Below are positions 28,654-38,053 of a DNA stretch of 64,000 bases, in pieces. How positions within the stretch are numbered: position 1 is the stretch's first letter; each line of letters begins with the position of its first letter. The notes beneath the pieces were generated by a model. The model ran no database searches and was not told where the DNA came from. It saw only the letters and a program-made list of their open reading frames with translations. The position numbers and the translations under genes are program-made. The stretch is from a virus, in IMG/VR virus record IMGVR_UViG_3300035180_002250, positions 1 to 64,000 of that record; one strand, 5' to 3'.

Positions 28654-31191
28654 ATGGAAGTATTGAAAAAAAATACATGTAGTAGTGAAAACATAAGTGA
28701 AACCGTATATCAAGAACTGTTGAACAGTGTAGTAACAAAAAAATATACAGCAAACGAAAATGAAAAAACGTATGACGATGTAATAGCAAGAATCACAAGA
28801 TACTTTTCAGATGGAACAATTAAAAAGAATTATACTCCACTAGTATCTGTGGAGAATAATTTGATTAAGTATTTACAAGATAAAACAATCATACCAGCTG
28901 GATCTATTCTACGTGGATTTAATGATCCAAATTATACAGGTAGTTTTTCCAACTGTTATTACATTCCAATTGAGGAAGACTCAATTGAAGGTATTTTTGA
29001 AACGACAAAACGTCTTGCTAGGATTTTCTCTAAAAGAGGTGGAGTTGGGATCGACCTAACTATCCTAAGACCAAAGAATACCAAGGTTAATAACAGCGCC
29101 AAGTATAGTACTGGTGCAGTTTCTTTTATGCCGCTGTTCTCAGAAGTGACAGATACCATTGGCCAGCAGGGACGGCGTGGAGCACTGTTGATGTCAATGG
29201 ATATAAGGCATCCTGATATTGAGGACTTTATAATTTCTAAGACATCGAAAGCACCAACTGTATTCGCAAAGGATGAAATAACCGGGAGAATTAAAGACAT
29301 CTCGCATGCAAATATATCGGTGAAGATCACGGATGATTTTATGAGGGCTGTATATAATAATGAAGATTGGAACTTAATATTTCCTGATATTGAATCTGTA
29401 GGAACCGAAGTTTATACGAAAGAGTGGAACGGAGCATATAAGGATTGGGAGGAAAAGGGGTACCCAGTAAAAATATATAAAACAGTAAAAGCCCGAGAGT
29501 TATATGATCTTATATGTAGGGCTGTATGGGAATGTGGTGACCCAGGATTGTTATTTGTTGATGCAGCTCAGAAATGGACACCAGTTGCAGATATTCCCCA
29601 GTTAATACCTAAGGGAACTAACCCATGCGGTGAGCAGTGGATGCCTGATTGGGGAAATTGTCTTTTAGTAGCAATCAATTTACCGAATTTTGTAATAAAT
29701 CCGTATAAAAATAAGGAACCCTCCGATAAAGAAAGTGTATTTGATTTTTCAAGAATTAAAGATGTAATAGAAGCGGCTGTGTATTTTGCTAATGTTGTTT
29801 CACAAGAAAACAGTAATAGACATCCGTACCAGCAGCAACGTGATATGGATGAATATAGTAGGAGAATCGGTATTGAAGTAACCGGGCTCGCAGATGTATT
29901 TGCCATGCTTGGTATTGCGTACGGAACGGAAGCATCTATAAAATTCACGGAAGAGCTATTCCAATTTAAAGCTTTATGTGAAATATATGCTTCTTGGAAG
30001 TTTACTAAACAATTCGGTGTATGCAAAGTTTTTAAGGATTTGGAGAATCGTAAGAAATTTGTTGATAGCAATTATATTGACACTATTACGCATACAGCAG
30101 ATGCGGTAGAGTATAAGTATATTGTTAATATACCTGAATTTATAATACATAAACATTCTTCCGATATAAAGAAAAAGATAATGAAAGATGGGTTATGTAA
30201 CTCAGCGTTTAACACAATTGGACCTTGCGGGAGTATCTCAATTGTGGCGGATAATTGCACTTCTGGTATCGAGCCACTATTTGCGTACAAATATAAGCGG
30301 AAAGTTACGCTTGGTGGTAAAGTAAAAGAATATAGTGATGAGCATTACCTGGCGAAGAAACATGGAGGGTCAGAAGAGAATTACAGATATTCAGAAGCGC
30401 ATATGATTCATTATGAACATAGATTAAGAGTGCAGGCGGCAGCACAGTTTTTTACCGATGCAAGTATTTCAAGCACGATCAATCTACGCAACAGTGCTAC
30501 TGTTGAAGATATTAATAATCTTTATAGGAAAGCACATATATGCGGGTTAAAAGGTATAACCGTATTTCGAGATGGGTGCAAGGTTGGTATCTTGGAAAAA
30601 GTTACACCTGTTGATGAACACCAACAAGATACTAATGAACACCCACAAGATACTAATGAACATACCATATTATACAAACGTTCTTTATTGGACGTTGAAG
30701 ATGCAGAGAGACATAAAGTTATATGGAAGAAAGGCAAAGTTTATGTAATAGTGTCACTAGATGATACAAGTAACCCGATTGAAATATTTGCAAAACTGCC
30801 GAGACAAGCAGGCTTTACTAAAGATGGAGTATTTGAGCAGGATAAATATAATGAAAATACTGCCAACTGGGATTGTATAAACAGGCTTATTTCCATTATG
30901 CTGAGGTATAATATCCCGTTATCCGATATTATCGATCAACTTGATAAATCAAGTTGCAGTCTTGTTGATGCCCCTGGAGTTATTAAAAGGGTTCTATTAA
31001 ATTATCTTGACGATGGAACTATCATCAATCAAAATGATGCAAATGGTGGTGGATCAGTAGGTACCGATGAGCTTCAACTAACAAATGGGTTTCACAGAAC
31101 ACCATGTCCAAACTGTGGTAACCAGGACTTGTATACTAGAGAAGGAGGTTGCTATTCGTGTAAAGGGTGTGGGTATTCTAAGTGTGACTGA
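28654..31191 (+). CDS. nrdJ: Class II (adenosylcobalamin-dependent) ribonucleotide reductase
   Basis: PAGSIL, FSNCY, GGVG, QQGRRGALL, TNPCGEQ, GIEP, LKGITVFRDG; C-terminal TSCPD-like domain and Zn ribbon; no nrdB nearby. Confidence 0.9.
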   Translation: MEVLKKNTCSSENISETVYQELLNSVVTKKYTANENEKTYDDVIARITRYFSDGTIKKNYTPLVSVENNLIKYLQDKTIIPAGSILRGFNDPNYTGSFSNCYYIPIEEDSIEGIFETTKRLARIFSKRGGVGIDLTILRPKNTKVNNSAKYSTGAVSFMPLFSEVTDTIGQQGRRGALLMSMDIRHPDIEDFIISKTSKAPTVFAKDEITGRIKDISHANISVKITDDFMRAVYNNEDWNLIFPDIESVGTEVYTKEWNGAYKDWEEKGYPVKIYKTVKARELYDLICRAVWECGDPGLLFVDAAQKWTPVADIPQLIPKGTNPCGEQWMPDWGNCLLVAINLPNFVINPYKNKEPSDKESVFDFSRIKDVIEAAVYFANVVSQENSNRHPYQQQRDMDEYSRRIGIEVTGLADVFAMLGIAYGTEASIKFTEELFQFKALCEIYASWKFTKQFGVCKVFKDLENRKKFVDSNYIDTITHTADAVEYKYIVNIPEFIIHKHSSDIKKKIMKDGLCNSAFNTIGPCGSISIVADNCTSGIEPLFAYKYKRKVTLGGKVKEYSDEHYLAKKHGGSEENYRYSEAHMIHYEHRLRVQAAAQFFTDASISSTINLRNSATVEDINNLYRKAHICGLKGITVFRDGCKVGILEKVTPVDEHQQDTNEHPQDTNEHTILYKRSLLDVEDAERHKVIWKKGKVYVIVSLDDTSNPIEIFAKLPRQAGFTKDGVFEQDKYNENTANWDCINRLISIMLRYNIPLSDIIDQLDKSSCSLVDAPGVIKRVLLNYLDDGTIINQNDANGGGSVGTDELQLTNGFHRTPCPNCGNQDLYTREGGCYSCKGCGYSKCD

Positions 31192-31225
31192 AAATCAAAG
31201 TAACACCTAAAAGGATAACACCGGT

Positions 31226-31672
31226 ATGGAGATACTATGGTGCTCGTATAAAGAGCAAAAAGTTTTTATTCAGACATGTAGTACGTGTAATAAATTTCCT
31301 TGCAAAAATATTCCAAAAGAATGTATAGAGCAAGGAATAGCCTTGCAACGTGAATTATTAAAAGAGCAAGGTTATGTGGAAAAAATATCATTTAGGCCGT
31401 TAACAAAAGATAAGAGGAGGGACAATGTTATGTTGGTAAAATGGAAAAGTGGTAAGATTGAAGATGTAGCAACACTGTCATCAGATTTAGAAACACTGAG
31501 TAAAATAGAATGTGTGTACCAAATCAAGTCAGTGTTGTTCCCGACGTTAACCTTGAAACCAAAAGAGACTACCACAGAGGAAGGTCTAGAATCTACAGGT
31601 ATTGATGATCTTCTACCAAAAAAACGGGGTAGACGGTCACGGAAAAAAGCTACCGCAGATGAGCAGGGGTAG
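31226..31672 (+). CDS. Hypothetical protein (Cys-rich N-terminus, basic tail)
   Basis: 148-aa ORF with CSTC..FPC and PKKRGRRSRKK. Confidence 0.7.
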   Translation: MEILWCSYKEQKVFIQTCSTCNKFPCKNIPKECIEQGIALQRELLKEQGYVEKISFRPLTKDKRRDNVMLVKWKSGKIEDVATLSSDLETLSKIECVYQIKSVLFPTLTLKPKETTTEEGLESTGIDDLLPKKRGRRSRKKATADEQG

Positions 31673-31723
31673 TAGAAGACTCAGGTACACCCATGTGAGT
31701 AGTATAGAAATTATTGATTAACC

Positions 31724-31795
31724 AACCGCCGTAAACAGTACACTATACAGTATGCTTTGATGTATGTGTGACTACTGGATACGGCGGTTTTTTAT
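31724..31795 (+). terminator. Long hairpin terminator
   Basis: AACCGCCGTA...TACGGCGGTT plus T-tract. Confidence 0.65.
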
Positions 31796-31826
31796 TTTTA
31801 TAAAAATTTAATCTGGAGATGTAACT

Positions 31827-32543
31827 ATGGGCTGTAAATACAAGGTTTCCGATAGTATAAACGATATGGAGTATGAAAAATTATATATATCTACGCTATA
31901 CACCAGGGATATACCTGATGCCTGGTTTTTGGCATTGGTAGAGCTTATGAAACATGGTAGAAAATATAAAATCGATAGAGGCTCCTTTGAAGGACAGTAT
32001 CGTTACCAACTGGATTATTTAACGTTGCATATTCAGTATCCAGGGGTTAGACCACTTACACCATATATACCCACGTCCTTCGGTATCCCGAATCCCGTAA
32101 GTGACGAGTATGTTAATGATTATCTTCCATACTTAATGTGCGACGTTAAAAACGAAACAGAACAGTACACGTACGGCCAGTATTTGGAAGAGCAGATAGC
32201 TAAGGTGATTAATATGTACAAAAAAGACGGATACAATACTAACCAGGCGTACATGACAGTCGGGGATCCGAAAACACTTGATATGGTAGATCCACCGTGT
32301 CTGAGAGGTATTGATACCCGTATTATCGATAGTGTACTCCACTTTTTTGTATATTTTAGATCGTGGGATTTGTGGAGTGGTCTACCAGCTAATCTGGCAG
32401 GAATCCAGATACTTAAAGAGTACATGGCATCTGAGATCGGTGTAAAGGATGGTGCGATTGTGGCAGCAACAAAAGGAGGGCATATCTATCATTATGCGTT
32501 GGAATATACGCAGAAGTACACTGGTAAAAATTTCAGAGACTAA
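31827..32543 (+). CDS. thyA: Thymidylate synthase (short, archaeal-like type)
   Basis: YTYGQY, DPPCL (catalytic Cys), FRSWDLWSGLPAN, GHIY. Confidence 0.85.
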   Translation: MGCKYKVSDSINDMEYEKLYISTLYTRDIPDAWFLALVELMKHGRKYKIDRGSFEGQYRYQLDYLTLHIQYPGVRPLTPYIPTSFGIPNPVSDEYVNDYLPYLMCDVKNETEQYTYGQYLEEQIAKVINMYKKDGYNTNQAYMTVGDPKTLDMVDPPCLRGIDTRIIDSVLHFFVYFRSWDLWSGLPANLAGIQILKEYMASEIGVKDGAIVAATKGGHIYHYALEYTQKYTGKNFRD

Positions 32544-32608
32544 ACTTGACACTATTTTTCCGGTAAAAAGATGTCAAGATTTTAAATCATCATAAACGAA
32601 AAAAATCA

Positions 32609-32806
32609 ATGAAAAACAAAGCATTCATGCTAAAAAAATTATCTGCGAAGTATAATATACCCATTAGTATAGTATATGAGACATATAATTGTTTAATAGA
32701 GTACGAGGAGTTACCTGAAGTAATCAACGAAATTAAAATGCTAGCACGTACTGTAAATGGAAGGGGGCATGAATGGCAACAACAAACAAAAGAAATAAAG
32801 ATATGA
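32609..32806 (+). CDS. Small hypothetical protein
   Basis: 65-aa ORF overlapping the gyrB start. Confidence 0.4.
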   Translation: MKNKAFMLKKLSAKYNIPISIVYETYNCLIEYEELPEVINEIKMLARTVNGRGHEWQQQTKEIKI

Positions 32807-34746
32807 ATACTCCCACATACACATCAGATAATATACAGGTACTTGAGGGCCTTGAAGCTGTTAGACAAAGGCCATCCATGTATATTGGTAACGTAGGTGA
32901 GGGAGGGTTGCACCATCTGGTGTATGAAGTTGTAGATAACAGCATGGATGAAGCACTTGCAGGGTACTGTGATAAAGTAGTTATTACAATATATAAAGAT
33001 AATTCTATTTCTGTATTGGATAATGGTAGAGGTATTCCTACAGAGATACACAAGGAAACCGGGTTATCCGCAATAGAAGTCGTTTTGACTAAACTACATG
33101 CAGGCGGAAAGTTTAATAACGACAGCTATAAAACGAGCGGTGGGTTACATGGTGTGGGTATCAGTGTAGTTAATGCTCTTTCTAAATACACTAAAGTATG
33201 TGTATTTAAAGGTAAGGAGCAATATTCCCAGGAATATGAAAAAGGATTACCAATCAGTAGGGTTGTTAAAGCCCTACGTAATAAAAAAGAATTCAATGAG
33301 ATAAAGACAGGTACTTATGTTTACTTCAAACCGGATGACACGATTTTTGATACGACTGTATATAATGTGGAAACTCTTGCAGACAGGTTTAAAGAGCTAT
33401 CATTATTAAATCCTAAAGTACACATTACTTTGAGAGATGAAAGAACAGGGGTAGAAAAGGAGTTTTACTCTGATAACGGCTTGATCGATTTCTTTACGGA
33501 TTATAATAAATCCTTAAAGAGTGATGAAAAGCCTATTATAGATGTGATCAGAGCTACAACTGAGCTAGATGAAGTATATATTGATTTTACCATGCAATAT
33601 AATACTACCTATAAAAAAGAAGGACATTCATTTGTAAATAATATCAGGACTATCGAAGGTGGTACACATGTAACTGGATTCAGAAGTGCATTACTGCGGG
33701 TTTTTAAATATTTTGTAGGTGAACTAAAAATGCATCTTAATTTTAACTCAGACGATATACAAGAGGGTTTGGTTTACATTATATCTCTCAGAATGAAAGA
33801 CCCACAGTTTGAAGGACAAACAAAAACCAAACTTGGGAATTCTTACATAAAACCACTGGTAGATAAGGTAGTTTACGATAATCTGCTTGAGTACTTTGAA
33901 TTCCACCCAGAGCAACTAAAGCTGGTGTTCAACAAGATAAAAGTATCAGCAAAGTCCAGAGAAGCAGCATCTAAGGCTAGAGACCTTGCCAGAGCGAAGT
34001 TAAAAGTTATAGAAGTGGATTCTGTTGGTGTGTTACCTGGTAAATTGGCCGATTGCCAGTCAAATGATCCTTCTGAGTGTGAAATATATTTTGTGGAAGG
34101 GGAAAGCGCCGGTGGATCAGCCAAACAAGCAAGGGATAGACGCTTTCAGGCTATTTTACCACTAAGAGGAAAGGTTCTTAATGTTGAGGGCATGAACCTC
34201 CGTCGTGTGCTACAGAATGAGGAAATCAAAAATATAATTACAGCACTGGGTACAGGGATCGGGGAGAACTTTAATCAGAATAAGTTGCGGTATCACAAGA
34301 TAGTTATTATGACGGATGCAGATGTAGATGGAGCCCATATACGGTCATTACTTCTAACATTAATATTCAGGCAGATGCCGGAGTTGATTATGGATGGGTT
34401 TGTTTATATTGCTCAACCACCTTTATACAAGGTAGAGTCTGGAAAATCGCATTGGTATGTAAAAGATGCTCAGGAGCTGCCAGACCTCCTCAGAACGTTA
34501 AAAAAAGATAAAGACCAGGTACGTATTCAACGGTACAAAGGTTTGGGTGAGATGGCCCCTCAGCAGCTTTGGGAGACGACTATGGACCCGGTTAACAGGA
34601 CGATGTTGAAAGTTAAAATTGAAGATGCTATAGGTACAGACCACCTATTTTCAGTTTTAATGGGTGATGATGTGGAACCACGTAGAAACTTTATTTACCA
34701 ACATGCTTTATCTGATGAAGTTAAGTTCGAGGCTTTGGATATTTGA
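32773..34746 (+). CDS. gyrB: DNA gyrase subunit B
   Basis: EAVRQRPSMYIG, EVVDNSMDE, DNGRGIP, GGLHGVG, EGESAGG, PLRGK, MTDADVDG, QRYKGLGEM. Confidence 0.97.
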   Translation: MATTNKRNKDMNTPTYTSDNIQVLEGLEAVRQRPSMYIGNVGEGGLHHLVYEVVDNSMDEALAGYCDKVVITIYKDNSISVLDNGRGIPTEIHKETGLSAIEVVLTKLHAGGKFNNDSYKTSGGLHGVGISVVNALSKYTKVCVFKGKEQYSQEYEKGLPISRVVKALRNKKEFNEIKTGTYVYFKPDDTIFDTTVYNVETLADRFKELSLLNPKVHITLRDERTGVEKEFYSDNGLIDFFTDYNKSLKSDEKPIIDVIRATTELDEVYIDFTMQYNTTYKKEGHSFVNNIRTIEGGTHVTGFRSALLRVFKYFVGELKMHLNFNSDDIQEGLVYIISLRMKDPQFEGQTKTKLGNSYIKPLVDKVVYDNLLEYFEFHPEQLKLVFNKIKVSAKSREAASKARDLARAKLKVIEVDSVGVLPGKLADCQSNDPSECEIYFVEGESAGGSAKQARDRRFQAILPLRGKVLNVEGMNLRRVLQNEEIKNIITALGTGIGENFNQNKLRYHKIVIMTDADVDGAHIRSLLLTLIFRQMPELIMDGFVYIAQPPLYKVESGKSHWYVKDAQELPDLLRTLKKDKDQVRIQRYKGLGEMAPQQLWETTMDPVNRTMLKVKIEDAIGTDHLFSVLMGDDVEPRRNFIYQHALSDEVKFEALDI

Positions 34747-34761
34747 AAAACAACTATACCT

Positions 34762-34780
34762 TTTTGTTATAAGGTAATAG
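34762..34780 (+). promoter_or_regulatory. TTTTGTTATAAG promoter-like motif
   Basis: TTTTGTTATAAGGTAATAG immediately after the gyrB stop. Confidence 0.6.
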
Positions 34781-34873
34781 TATGGGAAGTTTAATTTGCT
34801 CAGGGGTAGCCTCCCTGAGCTTTCAGTATATGGGTTGGCTACCCAAAGAATAGGAGAGGAGAGTTTAATCCAA

Positions 34874-35182
34874 ATGGATTATTCTCATGTTATTCTTTCC
34901 ACCCCTCTTTTACTGGTGGACGGCGTGTATAGACGCCGTACCATCAGCCTCGAAGAGGCGGTGGAGTGGGTGACATCTCGATCTCCGAAGAATTTTTGCG
35001 GTCACCAGACCGTGAAGATTCTCGGGATTGAGCCCTCCACGTCTCGGGAAGCCTGCCAAGGTTTCTCAGAGGCCCTTTGTTTGAAACCAAAGGGCCGTCT
35101 TGAGTTCGGCAAGGAATATAGCCTTGCTGAAATCGAGGCCGTGGGGGTGGAGTTCGTCCTGTTGACCTACTTGGGTGAATAA
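34874..35182 (+). CDS. DUF1874 / AcrIII-1-like ring nuclease candidate
   Basis: Start moved to ATG 34874 (RBS AGGAGAGGAG); 102 aa; ISLEEA..W, FCGHQT..ILGI..R, GRLEFGKEYSL.EIE..F.L pattern. Confidence 0.6.
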   Translation: MDYSHVILSTPLLLVDGVYRRRTISLEEAVEWVTSRSPKNFCGHQTVKILGIEPSTSREACQGFSEALCLKPKGRLEFGKEYSLAEIEAVGVEFVLLTYLGE

Positions 35183-35442
35183 CCCATAGGTCAACATGGC
35201 GGCTCCAGTCGCCCGGGTCTCCCCGACCTTAAAGTGGGCGCCATCGTCCGGCGCACCGAAGGGCAGCAGGGTTCAGGATAGACCCGCTGCCGAAGAATAG
35301 GACGAGAAAAATCCAATTGGGGAGGTATGATGAGCCATACTACTTCCCCACCAATAATGACCCCGCTCTCGCCAAGCGGGGTTTATCATAAGCCGGGGGG
35401 CACCCGGCACGTATTGCCCCAAATGGGGCAAAGGAGGTAAGT

Positions 35443-35724
35443 ATGGATTATTATGAATGTAAAGACGGGCAGGTGGTGTACTGCCCGGAAGAAGATGGGC
35501 GGGAAGATACCGCCCATGCAAATAGTGTCCACAAGATTTACCAGCTCATCCGAGCTGGAGAATTCCACAGTTATATCATGCTGGTCCAACTGGACCAGCA
35601 GGGTCTGGAAGACTTCGGGTTGCTGAGTGCAGCAACCCGAGCCTTCCCTGGATTAGTTACAGAAGCCCAGCGGCAGTTAGCCAGCTGGGAACAGGAGGAG
35701 GCAACAGCCTCCTCCGGAATGTAA
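35443..35724 (+). CDS. Hypothetical protein
   Basis: 93 aa; RBS AAGGAGG; followed by a terminator. Confidence 0.7.
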   Translation: MDYYECKDGQVVYCPEEDGREDTAHANSVHKIYQLIRAGEFHSYIMLVQLDQQGLEDFGLLSAATRAFPGLVTEAQRQLASWEQEEATASSGM

Positions 35725-35731
35725 AAAAAGA

Positions 35732-35777
35732 GGGCCGCATTACTCAATAGAGTAGTGCGGCCATTATTATTTTTTTT
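35732..35777 (+). terminator. Intrinsic terminator
   Basis: GGGCCGCATTACTC-loop-GAGTAGTGCGGCCC with a downstream T-tract. Confidence 0.75.
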
Positions 35778-35843
35778 ACAAAAGCACCCAAGATGAATGG
35801 GTACCACAATAGCTGGCAAAAATGCCAGCAAAGGAGGAAAAAT

Positions 35844-36314
35844 ATGGTTAACGCATTGACAGAACTTGAGGGTAAGATCGGCGGCTCTGTCGTTGAAAAG
35901 GTTTTCTGTGCGTCTATTTTTTACTATAACGACAGGGAACCATTGCGTGAAGTAGTGATGAAGACCGGTCAAGCTCCGGAATCTTTAATTGAAATATTAG
36001 CAGGGATCGAGTATGACCCTGTTTATGGCCGTCAACATATTGATGGTAGGGTCTGGACCAAAGACCTGACCACCTTAATACGGATGGAGTATAATGGGGA
36101 GTGGTGGGAGGAATACCCACTATTCCCCATTCCGAAACGGCTGGTAGCTAAACCGTGGGCAATGGTAAGGTATGGTGAGGAGGATTTCCTGGTCAATGCA
36201 AATGAGGATATAATTGTTCCTATGCGGGTTCACAATATACTTCCTATCTGTAACCACGGTGAGATAATGGCGCTATATGAACAATCGGCAGTCAATATCG
36301 CTGCACAGGGGTAA
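35844..36314 (+). CDS. YD.GYG.Q...G.VW family paralogue A
   Basis: True start ATG 35844 after a hairpin and AAGGAGG; EYDPVYGRQHIDGRVW..RMEYNGEWW. Confidence 0.75.
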   Translation: MVNALTELEGKIGGSVVEKVFCASIFYYNDREPLREVVMKTGQAPESLIEILAGIEYDPVYGRQHIDGRVWTKDLTTLIRMEYNGEWWEEYPLFPIPKRLVAKPWAMVRYGEEDFLVNANEDIIVPMRVHNILPICNHGEIMALYEQSAVNIAAQG

Positions 36315-36352
36315 ACCAAATAGCTGGCAAAAATGCCAGCAAAAGGAGGAAT

Positions 36353-36841
36353 ATGGTGAATGCAAGACAGGAATTAGATAGGAAGCTCGACCAGTACGGG
36401 GTTTCAGTACTGTTCGGGGAAGTTTCATACGTCCCCGAACCTGGAGTCTCTGACGACTTTGTCGTGAGAGATGATAACCATGCTGATTTTTTCAAGTGGA
36501 TAAATGGTATCAACTATGACCAGGGATACGGTCGGCAGTTCTTGCTCGGTCGTATCTGGGTGGAAAAACAGTCGGGTGAGATAGCCACTCTCACCCGCTG
36601 TGCGCATGATGGGGCGGAGTGGTGGGGATTAGGGGATTTCACCACGGTCCCACAGAGACTGTTTAGGCTGATTGGACCAACCTGGAAAGGGATCACATTG
36701 GGGGACGGACGGGAATTCTTAGTCCGTTCTCGGGAACAAGGAAGGGCTATTTACCCGAACGGATGTTATTCAATTGGAGACCTTCTATCATATAGGAACG
36801 AAATCGAGCATATACTATCGGGTAACCATGGCTTGAAGTAA
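36353..36841 (+). CDS. YD.GYG.Q family paralogue B
   Basis: NYDQGYGRQFLLGRIW..HDGAEWW; identical leader hairpin. Confidence 0.75.
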   Translation: MVNARQELDRKLDQYGVSVLFGEVSYVPEPGVSDDFVVRDDNHADFFKWINGINYDQGYGRQFLLGRIWVEKQSGEIATLTRCAHDGAEWWGLGDFTTVPQRLFRLIGPTWKGITLGDGREFLVRSREQGRAIYPNGCYSIGDLLSYRNEIEHILSGNHGLK

Positions 36842-36910
36842 GTGATGGGGACCTAGCAAGACCCGGCATCTTTCATAGATGTATGGGCAGGAATAGAATA
36901 TGATCCATAC
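36820..36910 (+). pseudogene. Degenerate fragment of paralogue A
   Basis: Translates VMGT*QDPASFIDVWAGIEYDPY vs VMKTGQAPESLIEILAGIEYDPV. Confidence 0.6.
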
Positions 36911-36960
36911 AGTGTTAAAAACACTAACGCGGGTAAAATGTCCGCAAGAAAGGAGTAGGT

Positions 36961-37689
36961 ATGAAAAAAAATGTAGCAACTGAATTGGTCTCCACCCTGA
37001 ACGTGGACGAAGTATGGGGGGAGGTGACCGTCATTTGTATGGTGTCCGCCGCCAAAGTGACCCACCATTGCAGTGGTGGGTCGAAAACCATTTCCCTCCG
37101 GCGTGGGGGGGATAAGGTAAAATTCTTCAAAGAGTTGTCTGAACTGGAGTTCGACAGCTCCAACTTGGATGAGTATGTAACAGGTACTGTTTGGTTGACG
37201 GACGGGACCTGGTTGGAGATGGGTGAAAACGAAGTGACCGGGGAGGGTATATGGATTCACATGACACCTCCCCGTTTACCTAATGATCTTAGTGCTAATG
37301 TTGAACCTCAAATTGAAATGGTGCAGAAAAAACTCGTCCACCATACCAGGGTGGCCGAGGTTGCGTTCAGAGCGTACGCCCACGGCTACACCCGTGGGTG
37401 CGCACGGAACAAGATTATCGATCCCAATACACCGGTTGATCGGATGGCAGCAATGCTGTCCGAGAAACTGGGTAATTTGAGCCAAATTCTGGTCCACCCT
37501 GACTGGTACGGGGTGGGTTGTATGGAGAAAGTGCACACAGAGTTGATAACTCTGTGGGCAGCTCTCCCGACACGGTCGGCGTGGGAAACAGAGACTGGTA
37601 GGAAATTAACCAATAGTCGGTTGCCACAATCGCTGGCAACCATAACCTGGGATCTGCGGACTCTAATCAACCTGATGAAGGTTGCTTAG
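36961..37689 (+). CDS. YD.GYG.Q family paralogue C with C-terminal extension
   Basis: ELEFDSSNLDEYVTGTVWLTDGTWLE; RBS AAGGAG. Confidence 0.7.
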   Translation: MKKNVATELVSTLNVDEVWGEVTVICMVSAAKVTHHCSGGSKTISLRRGGDKVKFFKELSELEFDSSNLDEYVTGTVWLTDGTWLEMGENEVTGEGIWIHMTPPRLPNDLSANVEPQIEMVQKKLVHHTRVAEVAFRAYAHGYTRGCARNKIIDPNTPVDRMAAMLSEKLGNLSQILVHPDWYGVGCMEKVHTELITLWAALPTRSAWETETGRKLTNSRLPQSLATITWDLRTLINLMKVA

Positions 37690-37705
37690 TAGAGTCCCAA
37701 AAAAA

Positions 37706-37742
37706 TTTCTCCAACGGGGTACCTCATACCTCGTTGGAGAAA
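37706..37742. terminator. Hairpin after paralogue C
   Basis: TTTCTCCAACG..GGTA/TACC..CGTTGGAGAAA; no clear T-tract. Confidence 0.5.
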
Positions 37743-37787
37743 CGCATTCTGAAGTGTCTGAACGAAAAGTAAATGAGGTATACTATT

Positions 37788-38023
37788 GAAGCTTGGGTGG
37801 AAACAATTATTGTCTGGAATCAACTCAAGTCTATTTTTAGCATTTTAACTGATTATTGCAAAAAAGAAAAATCAACTTAATGACCTAATAGGTCGATTGG
37901 GGGGCATTCTTTATTTATTAGGTGGATATATTGATTTGTTTGAAAAAACAATCCATAAAATTTTAAAAAAAAGATAAACAAAATGAACATGAACAAGAAC
38001 AAGATTCAATTATTGTCGGATGA
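37788..38023 (+). pseudogene. Frameshifted partial copy of ORF 40391-40762
   Basis: Colinear DNA similarity, e.g. TTAGGTGGATATATTGATTTGTTTGAAAAAACAATCCAT vs TTAGGAGGATATGTTGATTTGTTAGAGAAAACAATCCAT. Confidence 0.75.
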
Positions 38024-38053
38024 TTTAAATCATTATTAAACAAGGAGAATAAA

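Noticed and set aside
30614-30662. 21-bp duplication inside nrdJ
   Set aside because: A short in-frame linker expansion (EHQQDTN/EHPQDTN) with no sign of an intein or intron.
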